NCBI GenBank assembly: GCA_028355015.1
Contig: JAOMRN010000003.1
Coordinates: 48,142-112,141 of the forward strand
DNA length: 64,000 nucleotides
Source: Methanobacteriota archaeon
GTDB lineage: Archaea; Thermoplasmatota; Poseidoniia; Poseidoniales; Thalassarchaeaceae
Direction of reading: 5' to 3'
Shown one piece after another: positions 51,126-59,130 of the stretch (its first letter is position 1; each line of letters begins with the position of its first letter). Below the pieces are notes generated by a model, which saw only the letters and a program-made list of their open reading frames with translations, was not told where the DNA came from and did no database searches. The translations under genes and the position numbers were made by a program.

Positions 51126-51806
51126 TTGATGTCTCCGAGATTCATGAGTGAGCAGTTAGTAGTTGTGAATTTTAAAACATACGAGTCTGCTCATGGCGTA
51201 GCGGCAGAAGAATTAGCATCAATTATGGGACAGATAGAAACAGATGCAAGGATGATTGCTGTGGTGTCTGCGTTTGACTTATCTGCTGTTGTTTCCATGG
51301 CTCCAAATCTTGAGATTTGGACTCAACATCTTGATCCGATTAATTTTGGTTCTAATACCGGTTGGCTACATCCAGAAACTGCAATACAACGTGGTGCTAA
51401 AGGCACTCTAATTAATCATGCAGAGCATAAAGTATCAATTGAACACATCGCAATGTTACTAGATAGTGTTCCTGAAGGATTCACTGTTTGTGCGTGTGCA
51501 GCTGATATCGACGAAGCCAGAGCATTATCTGCTCTCCAACCAGACTATGTTGCTGTCGAACCACCTGGACTAATTGGTGGAGAAATGTCGGTGACAACAG
51601 CTGATCCTGAAATTGTTAGTGGAACCGCTCGTGCTATTCGGGAGATTAGTAAAGACGTAGGCATTTTGTGTGGTGCAGGCATCAAAAATGGACAGGATGT
51701 AGTTAAGGCCATAGAATTAGGGACTTCTGGAGTTTTATTAGCCAGTGGCGTAACTAAAGTTAAAGACGCCAAATCAGCTTTGGAAGATTTAGTTTCAAAA
51801 CTTTAG
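51126..51806 (+). CDS. tpiA: triose-phosphate isomerase, archaeal short type
   Basis: LVVVNFKTYESAHG start, ~220 aa. Probable start at the internal Met (51144). Confidence 0.8.
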   Translation: MMSPRFMSEQLVVVNFKTYESAHGVAAEELASIMGQIETDARMIAVVSAFDLSAVVSMAPNLEIWTQHLDPINFGSNTGWLHPETAIQRGAKGTLINHAEHKVSIEHIAMLLDSVPEGFTVCACAADIDEARALSALQPDYVAVEPPGLIGGEMSVTTADPEIVSGTARAIREISKDVGILCGAGIKNGQDVVKAIELGTSGVLLASGVTKVKDAKSALEDLVSKL

Positions 51807-51869
51807 GGAAATCCGGTAAATGATCTTATGCCATTAACATTTAGATAGTCATAGCTAATGATTAGATAA

Positions 51870-51977
51870 TCACTGTTTTGCTCTCTTTCGAGATGCTTTT
51901 CGGCGACGAAGCTTCTTCTTACGCCATTTCCAGCGTTGGTTTCCTTGCTTCTTCCAGGCACGTGAACCTCGCTTCAT
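51870..51977 (-). CDS. rpl41e: ribosomal protein L41e-like micro-ORF (35 aa, extremely basic)
   Basis: Translation MKRGSRAWKKQGNQRWKWRKKKLRRRKASRKRAKQ, stop TGA. The RWKW-RKKK-RR-K pattern matches the recalled L41e family. Absent from the ORF track (<60 aa). Confidence 0.55.
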   Translation of the reverse strand: MKRGSRAWKKQGNQRWKWRKKKLRRRKASRKRAKQ

Positions 51978-52058
51978 TCAGCACGCCGACCTACTGCCCC
52001 TATATGAGCGATTTGTAGTGTAAGAACAGACGTTCGTCCCTGGATGTGTGTGTTTGAG

Positions 52059-52135
52059 TGGTGGGCGATACAGGATTCGAACCCATGTCATCGGCTTAGA
52101 AGGCCGATATGATATCCAGACTACACCAATCGCCC
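52059..52135 (-). tRNA. tRNA-Arg (anticodon TCT), CCA encoded
   Basis: Reverse complement GGGCGAT...TATCGCCCACCA gives a perfect 7-bp acceptor. Anticodon stem TCGGC/GCCGA with loop CTTCTAA; T-loop TTCGAAT; A14 and GG present in the D-loop. Confidence 0.8.
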
Positions 52136-52169
52136 TTGGGCTGTCGCGGTAGTATCTCTCTCATGAACC

Positions 52170-52952
52170 CTACACCTCAGAGATATCTTCTAGAAGCTCA
52201 CCTACAGCATCTTCTAGTACGATTTGCATTTCTTCTACATCCTTTCCTGCACTGTAATTTAATTCACCATCATCTTGTATATCTTTCCTTATATCTTTGA
52301 CACTTCTTCCGATTATTTTACTAATTTCTTTTTTCTGACTTAAATTCCCTCTTCTTAAAGAAATTAAATTAATTATAGATGTGATACTACGTAGAACTCC
52401 TTCTACAACCGCTATTAAGAATAGGCTGCTGACGAATGAAGTTGCAATCTCTTCCAGACTTTGCAATAATTCTCTAATTTCAGAAACCTGAACCTGAGCA
52501 TCTCCCACTAAAAACACACCGAGTACGCCGAATGGTAGCATTTTTGCAACATCTCTTGAAAGATCTTCAGTCCAGTATGATAGTATTCTAACAGAACCTA
52601 CTACTGAAGTAGCAATTAGTGCGTTTCTTGAATGGTCTGCGTCTGAAGACAAGAGTGTCAAGATAATTGCCAATACTAATGTCCAGAACGTGAGTAGTAT
52701 TGGAATTATCAAAATATACTGTATTACGAAAGTAATTGATTTGATATATTTTTTAATTTTCCCAGTCAGATTATTTGAGTATTTATCTAGATTTAGAGTG
52801 ATCAAATCCCTTTTGGCTAAATTTCTATAGAAAATAAATACGAATATTGAGTAAGCAGATATAGCGAGAATTGCACCTAGAGTTGGATACGACTCATCAA
52901 TAATTAATCGAATAAGTTCCTCTACTTCAGCCCTGTTACTTGGTACATCCAT
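52170..52952 (-). CDS. membrane protein, hypothetical
   Basis: 5-6 TM helices, no motif. Confidence 0.4.
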   Translation of the reverse strand: MDVPSNRAEVEELIRLIIDESYPTLGAILAISAYSIFVFIFYRNLAKRDLITLNLDKYSNNLTGKIKKYIKSITFVIQYILIIPILLTFWTLVLAIILTLLSSDADHSRNALIATSVVGSVRILSYWTEDLSRDVAKMLPFGVLGVFLVGDAQVQVSEIRELLQSLEEIATSFVSSLFLIAVVEGVLRSITSIINLISLRRGNLSQKKEISKIIGRSVKDIRKDIQDDGELNYSAGKDVEEMQIVLEDAVGELLEDISEV

Positions 52953-52992
52953 AGTCTATGCTAGCCCTTTCATGGTAATATCGTTACGACTC

Positions 52993-53547
52993 TTATGATT
53001 TGAAAGGCATAGCGCATTTAGGGCATCTACTAGGCATAGTTACTCTTTTCCTCTCCCATGTATATCCACAGTCTCCGCATATCCACTGCCTTTCAGGTAA
53101 TTTCTCTAAGACTCTTTCTCGCATTTCTTGTAATACTGTCGAATCTGATAGTTTGGGCGGAGGTGCGATTTCCTTAGCTAAATCTGCATGTGTACTTCCA
53201 TGATCTAACAATCCAGATGCATGTAGTAACTCATGTACTAGTGTATGCTGATATAATTCTGAATCATTGTTTAATAATGGATTTAGACCAATTGTCACTG
53301 GCCCGCAAGAAACTCTAAGTTTTCTTCTACGAAAAAGCTCATTCGCGTTACATTCAAACCTAGTCATTCCTAATCTTGACTCATTTTTATCAATCCAGAT
53401 AAGTTGTAAGTTTTTTCCAAGATACTTCAAGAAAGGCGCTTCATTTTTTGTTAATTTAGACTTAAGTTCGTCTATTAATCCTTCAGGAAGCCATGGCTTT
53501 TCTGGTAGGTTGACTATTTTCTCTTCCTGCCCGCTGTCTCCAGTCAT
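52993..53547 (-). CDS. SprT-like zinc metalloprotease with C-terminal zinc ribbon
   Basis: HEXXH (LVHELLHASGLLDHG) plus CGDCG...CPKC. Confidence 0.55.
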   Translation of the reverse strand: MTGDSGQEEKIVNLPEKPWLPEGLIDELKSKLTKNEAPFLKYLGKNLQLIWIDKNESRLGMTRFECNANELFRRRKLRVSCGPVTIGLNPLLNNDSELYQHTLVHELLHASGLLDHGSTHADLAKEIAPPPKLSDSTVLQEMRERVLEKLPERQWICGDCGYTWERKRVTMPSRCPKCAMPFKS

Positions 53548-53600
53548 ACCGTTGCCTAATCCATTCTCCTTAAATGACCGTCGCAGGTCGCCTGTTCATA

Positions 53601-53677
53601 GGGCGTGTGGCGCAGCTTGGAAGCGCGCTTCTTTGGCTAAGAAGAGGCCCCGAGTTCAAATCTCGGCTCGTCCACCA
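53601..53677 (+). tRNA. tRNA-Ala (anticodon GGC), CCA encoded; atypical (U6-U67 mismatch, pyrimidine at 37)
   Basis: GGGCGTG...CTCGTCCACCA with G3-U70 (Ala identity pair). D-stem GCGC/GCGC, anticodon stem CTTCT/AGAAG, loop TTGGCTA, T-loop TTCAAAT. Confidence 0.7.
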
Positions 53678-53859
53678 TAATTTTCCACTCTGATTTTTGC
53701 CACAAACAGTAATATTAAATTACTCTTAAATTTTTATTATTTTTTAAAAATCGTATTTTTTGTTATTTTTTACTATTTACAAGTAATATTCCTGAAAAAC
53801 GCTTGACTGATAGAATTAATCGAAAACTATGGAAAATGAAAATTCTTTGAGCATTCTCC

Positions 53860-53897
53860 AATCAGTCTATATATGCTGCATAGACCCCATCAGATGA
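53860..53897 (+). promoter_or_regulatory. candidate archaeal TATA box (TCTATATATG, ~53864-53873) giving a leaderless transcript for oppA
   Basis: TATA sits ~24-27 nt upstream of the ATGs at 53894/53897. AT-rich 190-bp spacer upstream. Confidence 0.4.
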
Positions 53898-55924
53898 TGA
53901 AGCCTAGATTTAGTGCTCTATTTTTATGCACGCTGATGATTGCCTCGGTATTTGCCGGGTGTCTCGGTGGCGAAGACGATGTAGATGGTTGCATGGATGC
54001 AACCGCTAACAACTACAACGCTGACGCCACAGTAGACGACATGTCTTGTACCTATGACCCAACTATGACTTCCGTAATGGAATCATATGCGGCAGATACT
54101 ATGGCATATGATGACGCTTGGTCATCTCTGCAGAGCATACGTGCTTGTGCTGAGACAGGATCAAACAACCCATGCGAGATTGTTGAAATGACAATCGGTG
54201 ATGCATCTACGTTTGACCCTCATGATGCTTATGATTCAGCATCTGGTGACGTTATTGAGAATGTTTTCGATACCCTATACAGGTATGAAGGAGATGGCTC
54301 AGGAAATGCGATTATCGTACCACGTTTAGCTACTGGCCACACAATTAGTGATGACCAACTAACGTACACATTCACTCTACGTGATGATGTATACTTCAGT
54401 AATGGTGACCATATGACTGCTGAAGATGTTGTATATTCATGGGAAAGAGTGAATGAAATGGCAAGCCCACTTTCACACGTTTCTTGGATTACTGAACAAA
54501 ATTTTAACACGTCAGGTCTGACAATGATTGATGATACTCACTTTTCGGTAACTTTGATGCAACCATATGCTGGATTCATTTCTACAATCGCTTACACTGT
54601 TGGTGCTATTGTAAACAAAGACCTTTGTGAAGCCAATAGAATAGTTACTGCTGATGATCCTGCAACTGCTGATGTAGACGAGTCATCTGATGACTGGTGT
54701 CATGGATGGATGGACGAAGCACCTCTTGGTGCAGGTACCGGTGCTTACATTGTTGATTCATGGACTCGTGAGACTTCAATCGTTCTGACACCTAACTGGA
54801 TGTACTGGGAAGATGGTGGATTCAATATCAACCGTTTCACTTCACAAATAGTTACTGAAGCTTCAACTCGTCTTCTTGCTTTCCAAGATGGTGAGGCTGA
54901 TTTCGGTTCATTAAACATCGAGGATGAGCCAGAGTTCTGTGATAATTATGAAGATGGACCTAATGTAGTAGGTAAGGAAGGATTCGTTTGTACATACAGA
55001 GAATCTTTCACAATTACTCTATCTGCAATGAATGTTATGCCAAAGGCTCTAGATGCTGGTGAAGAAAGCAACAACACTGATGCTAACTCGTCTCTAGTTC
55101 TAAATCATGACTGTGATATGGATGGTACAATGGATTGTAACGTAATGTCACAATCTGCAGTTCGTAAGGCCATTGCATATGCTTTCGATTATGATACAGC
55201 ACGCCGTGATACATACAGCGGACAATTAGCTCCAGTATACGGCCCAATTCCTAATGGTTTCTTGTATGATGAGACTCAATCACAGGTATTCAGCTACGAT
55301 CTAACCATTGCTGAGCAAACTCTTGAAGATGCAGGATTCATCAAGCAATATGACTGTTCAAGTCTAACTGTTGCAGGTGCACCAACTGTAGTTGCTGAGG
55401 GAGATAGAGATGGTGACGAATGTCGCCTACCAAACATTCTGAGAATCATGGCTAACGAAGGTAACGATTACCGTATTGCTATGGCTGGTCAAATTGCACA
55501 GTCATTAGGTTCAATCGGTGTTGCAACTGATGGTGATGCAAAGCCTTGGGCTGAGTATCTAACAATGTACTACACTAGTACATTCGAGATCAGATTCAGT
55601 GGATGGGCTCCAGATTATCTGGACCCAGATAACTACTGGACTCCATTCGCTGCAAGTCACGATGCTGGCGGAGACGCATATGGTACAAATTACCACAATG
55701 CGGCTCTAGATGAGAATCTAACAGCAGCTCGTGTTTCAACAGACGATGCAGAGCGTACACAACTGTACAGTAATGCATTCGCTCTTTGGACGGAAGACCC
55801 GAACATGATAATCATCGGCCAAGGTAATGGTATTAGCGTAAAGCGTACTGATATTGTATCCGCTCCATGGGCAGCTATAGGCTCTGCTCACTGGTTTGAC
55901 TACGATAAGTTACCAGTAGCTTGA
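53894..55924 (+). CDS. oppA: ABC peptide/nickel-type substrate-binding lipoprotein (family-5 SBP, OppA/DppA-like)
   Basis: Signal + lipobox (VFAGC), two-Cys motif GCMDATANNYNADATVDDMSCTY, then the family-5 SBP body. The track start 53873 is probably too far upstream. Confidence 0.8.
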   Translation: MMKPRFSALFLCTLMIASVFAGCLGGEDDVDGCMDATANNYNADATVDDMSCTYDPTMTSVMESYAADTMAYDDAWSSLQSIRACAETGSNNPCEIVEMTIGDASTFDPHDAYDSASGDVIENVFDTLYRYEGDGSGNAIIVPRLATGHTISDDQLTYTFTLRDDVYFSNGDHMTAEDVVYSWERVNEMASPLSHVSWITEQNFNTSGLTMIDDTHFSVTLMQPYAGFISTIAYTVGAIVNKDLCEANRIVTADDPATADVDESSDDWCHGWMDEAPLGAGTGAYIVDSWTRETSIVLTPNWMYWEDGGFNINRFTSQIVTEASTRLLAFQDGEADFGSLNIEDEPEFCDNYEDGPNVVGKEGFVCTYRESFTITLSAMNVMPKALDAGEESNNTDANSSLVLNHDCDMDGTMDCNVMSQSAVRKAIAYAFDYDTARRDTYSGQLAPVYGPIPNGFLYDETQSQVFSYDLTIAEQTLEDAGFIKQYDCSSLTVAGAPTVVAEGDRDGDECRLPNILRIMANEGNDYRIAMAGQIAQSLGSIGVATDGDAKPWAEYLTMYYTSTFEIRFSGWAPDYLDPDNYWTPFAASHDAGGDAYGTNYHNAALDENLTAARVSTDDAERTQLYSNAFALWTEDPNMIIIGQGNGISVKRTDIVSAPWAAIGSAHWFDYDKLPVA

Positions 55925-55956
55925 GTCTTATTGACTAGTTCGGAAATACGTAAGGC

Positions 55957-56001
55957 CGATAACAGTCACTACGGTGGCTGTTATCGAGCCGTTTTTTTTT
56001 T
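55957..56001 (+). terminator. hairpin (9-13 bp stem CGATAACAG...CTGTTATCG) followed by a T10 run: attenuator/terminator between oppA and oppB
   Basis: Read directly; oligo-T tracts are archaeal termination signals. Confidence 0.5.
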
Positions 56002-56082
56002 GATTCTCTAAATGATTATTTTGAGAATTATAAATTGGTTTTTTAAACCAATATTTCAACCTAATTTAGGTGGGATTTGTCT

Positions 56083-57219
56083 ATGAAGCTACAAGAATTT
56101 ATTGTCAGAAGATTAATCCTCTTAATCCCTGTAATCATGGGAGTTTCAATATTCACATTCGCTATAGCCCAGATTATACCTGCCGACCCTGCAGCCGCCT
56201 TATGTGGTGAAAAATGTGGAGTAGTTGGCTCCAATGGACTAACTGCCTACGAATCTAATGTCATAAGATTGGGTCTTGATAAACCAGTATGGCAGCAATA
56301 TGTCATATATGTTACAAATCTTCTTGAGGGTGACTGGGGTGAATCAGTTACATTCCATCGTCCAGTAATTGAGAAGCTCAGAGATGCTGCTCCTATCACT
56401 CTTGAGATGTCTTTTTTATCTCTAGCAATGGGATTTCCCATGGGCATCACTTTAGGAATTTTTAGCGCAGTATGGCAAGACAAACTATTCGACCAGGCAT
56501 CCAGATTTGTTGCGATTGCATTTGTTAGTTTACCCATATTTTGGTTAGCCATGATGTTCCAATATATTCTCGGAACTCAAGTTGGTATATGCGATCCAAT
56601 AACTCAGGCTTTACCTTTGGTTCCTGATACTGAAGGTGGTTGTTTTCCTATATACGGGAGACATGATCCTACCTATACATTCCCAGATACAGGGACTGGG
56701 TTCCACTTAATCGATAGTTGGATTGTAGATGAGCCAACGAAATTCAATCCTCAGACAAATCGTTACGAAGTTTCAATGTCTCACATGGATATGTTTATGG
56801 ATACTTTAAAGCATCTATTCTTACCCTGTTTCACACTAGCAGTGGCGAGTACTGGAGGACTTCTAAGATATATGAGAGCCAGCCTTTTAGAGGTGATGAA
56901 TGAAGATTATGTTAGAACCGCTCGAGCTAAAGGAATTTCTGAAACTAGAGTCATTCTAGTCCATGCTGTACGTAATGCTTTGGTGCCAATAGTTACGATT
57001 CTAGGATTCTCTATAGGGGGTGCCATAGGAGGCGCTGTTCTTACAGAAACCATATTTGCATTCCCAGGTATGGGTAAAACAGCTGTCGATGCTATTGTTT
57101 ACTTAGATTTTTCAATGATAATGGGGGTTACTTTAGTTACGGCTATAATTTTCCTCCTCTCTAATTTACTTGTAGATATTTCATACGCTATAGTCGATCC
57201 AAGGGTGCGATTAGAATGA
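56083..57219 (+). CDS. oppB: oligopeptide/dipeptide ABC permease OppB/DppB-like
   Basis: MKLQEFIVRRLILLIPV start, EAA-loop region RTARAKGISE. ~60-aa insert relative to short homologs. Confidence 0.8.
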   Translation: MKLQEFIVRRLILLIPVIMGVSIFTFAIAQIIPADPAAALCGEKCGVVGSNGLTAYESNVIRLGLDKPVWQQYVIYVTNLLEGDWGESVTFHRPVIEKLRDAAPITLEMSFLSLAMGFPMGITLGIFSAVWQDKLFDQASRFVAIAFVSLPIFWLAMMFQYILGTQVGICDPITQALPLVPDTEGGCFPIYGRHDPTYTFPDTGTGFHLIDSWIVDEPTKFNPQTNRYEVSMSHMDMFMDTLKHLFLPCFTLAVASTGGLLRYMRASLLEVMNEDYVRTARAKGISETRVILVHAVRNALVPIVTILGFSIGGAIGGAVLTETIFAFPGMGKTAVDAIVYLDFSMIMGVTLVTAIIFLLSNLLVDISYAIVDPRVRLE

Positions 57220-59126
57220 GTGATTTCACCACTGATTTCATTTTGTATAGCATATATTTATTTTTCTTAATTTTTACTATTGGGATTATTTTTGATAAAA
57301 TAAGAGGTAAAAAGTGGGCAGAAAGCCTTGAAGATCGTGAGGAGGGATTCACACGATTCATCCAAGGCTGGAAACAAAGATTTTATGACTTAAAAAAAAG
57401 TTGGAAGATTTTTAGGAAATCAATACTTGCTATAATCGGTTTAACTCTTATAGTTACAGTTTCAACTATCAGTATTTTTGCAGATGATATTGCAGTCGAA
57501 CATCCTTACAGGAATTTGCAAGATACAGAAGATCTTTGGTGGATTGATAACGAACCAAGAAGAGAAGCTCCATTCTCGGAGGCATGCGATTGGCATGAGC
57601 AAGGGATTGATTTATTTGGAATAAAAACTAAAGGGTATTCTCGTTATGTACCTGCTGTTTCAGATCCAGTGATTGATGAAAACGGATCTCTTACACCAAT
57701 ACCCCTAGAAATTATTGAGATTGAATTTATCGAAGATGATTTAGGTTATGATTTGAATAATTCTTTGATAATAGTCTATAATGAAACCACATTTTTTGTG
57801 ACGGACGAAGCGTTAAACATTACTAGTTCAAAAATATGGGTCACTTATGAATTTCAGAATAATGACATGCATCATTGGTGGTTACCTGATGGTTATGATG
57901 TATGTATTATGGGTACCACAAATACCGGGCAAGATTTGTTTAGTAAGATATTATATGGTTCCCGTATTTCACTAAAAATAGGTATTACCGTTGCGTTCTT
58001 AACTGTTGCATTGGGTACAATTGTTGGAAGCATAAGTGGGTATTATGGCGGAGTTATTGACGAAGTAATCATGCGAATTACTGATGTATTCTTTGCAGTG
58101 CCTGGCTTGATTTTAGCAATGGCTTTTGTCGCCGCATTACAGAATACTACAAGCCTAACAATCGCGATGTCCACCGCAGCATTTTTATTGTTATTTTTTA
58201 ATATTCTTTCTACAAGAAACGTAATTTCTGAATTAATTACAGGAGAAGGAACCGATCGAAATTTAATGTTTAAAATAAAAAATAAATTGGCGTCACAGTC
58301 TGATTTAGAAAATAAAGTTTTTAATTTCAAAAACTCAATACTTGAAATCGCGTTATTTTTATTGCGCTTCAGAGGAGTTTTATTAGTAGGTTTAACATTA
58401 ATTTTCTTAGGGAGTTTTTGGCCAGAATTATGGTCAAATAATACTGACGTGAAGTTAGTTAAATCATTAACTTTAGTTGCGATTTTCACCCTATATGTGG
58501 TAATAACAATCTTGGATAAAACATTAAATGAAGGTGTACCTAGTAAATTGATTTCAAAGAGAATCTCTGAATCATTTGATTTTGGGAATCCTTATCGATT
58601 CTTAGCATTAAGGACGATTCTGATATTCATTTCAGTCGTTTTGTTAATTTTTGTAACTAAATCCAGTGATTCCGATTTTATTCTGATTAAGGACTTTGAT
58701 AGATTATGGAAAATTCAGGCTGCATTAATATTAACTGGTTGGCCTGGTTATGCAAGACTGATCCGAGGTCAAGTCTTGTACATCAGAGAGATGACGTTTG
58801 TAGAGGCAGCAAAATCTGTGGGAGCCCCTGATGGAAGAATAATGTTCAGGCATATATTACCGAGTGCTTGGGCCCCGTTGTTGGTTGCTTTTACACTTGA
58901 TGTAGGTGGTACAATATTATCTGCATCTGGTTTATCTTTCATAGGCCTCGGTGCTGAACCGGGGACTGCAGAATGGGGTATTCTGGTTTCTGATGGCCGT
59001 AGATTTTTCCCCAATTCCTGGTGGTTAGTGACATTCCCTGGTTTGGCGATTTTACTCACAACTCTTGGTTTCAATTTGCTCGGAGATGGATTAAGAGATA
59101 TAGTAGATCCGAAAAATAAGAGGTGA
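57216..59126 (+). CDS. oppC: Oligopeptide ABC permease OppC/DppC-like (636 aa). Long N-terminal extracytoplasmic extension and a ~190-aa TM-rich insertion
   Basis: Canonical blocks (GTTNTGQDLFSKILYGSRISL; GWPGYARLIRGQVLYIREMTFVEAAKSVGAPDGRIMFRHILP) are separated by residues ~310-500 of extra sequence. Confidence 0.75.
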   Translation: MSDFTTDFILYSIYLFFLIFTIGIIFDKIRGKKWAESLEDREEGFTRFIQGWKQRFYDLKKSWKIFRKSILAIIGLTLIVTVSTISIFADDIAVEHPYRNLQDTEDLWWIDNEPRREAPFSEACDWHEQGIDLFGIKTKGYSRYVPAVSDPVIDENGSLTPIPLEIIEIEFIEDDLGYDLNNSLIIVYNETTFFVTDEALNITSSKIWVTYEFQNNDMHHWWLPDGYDVCIMGTTNTGQDLFSKILYGSRISLKIGITVAFLTVALGTIVGSISGYYGGVIDEVIMRITDVFFAVPGLILAMAFVAALQNTTSLTIAMSTAAFLLLFFNILSTRNVISELITGEGTDRNLMFKIKNKLASQSDLENKVFNFKNSILEIALFLLRFRGVLLVGLTLIFLGSFWPELWSNNTDVKLVKSLTLVAIFTLYVVITILDKTLNEGVPSKLISKRISESFDFGNPYRFLALRTILIFISVVLLIFVTKSSDSDFILIKDFDRLWKIQAALILTGWPGYARLIRGQVLYIREMTFVEAAKSVGAPDGRIMFRHILPSAWAPLLVAFTLDVGGTILSASGLSFIGLGAEPGTAEWGILVSDGRRFFPNSWWLVTFPGLAILLTTLGFNLLGDGLRDIVDPKNKR

Positions 59127-59130
59127 TTTT

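Noticed and set aside
51807-51869. Possible C/D-box sRNA (AATGATC / AATGATTA words) between tpiA and the L41e ORF
   Set aside because: Box C is imperfect and there is no clear CUGA box D or terminal stem. Not supportable by eye.
52059-53677. tRNA-Arg ... tRNA-Ala interval as an integrated element
   Set aside because: The two genes between the tRNAs are a membrane protein and a SprT-like protease. There is no integrase, no direct repeat of a tRNA 3' end, and no compositional shift.
53267-53680. 137-aa plus-strand ORF
   Set aside because: It overlaps the SprT-like gene on the opposite strand and runs through the tRNA-Ala gene. It is spurious.
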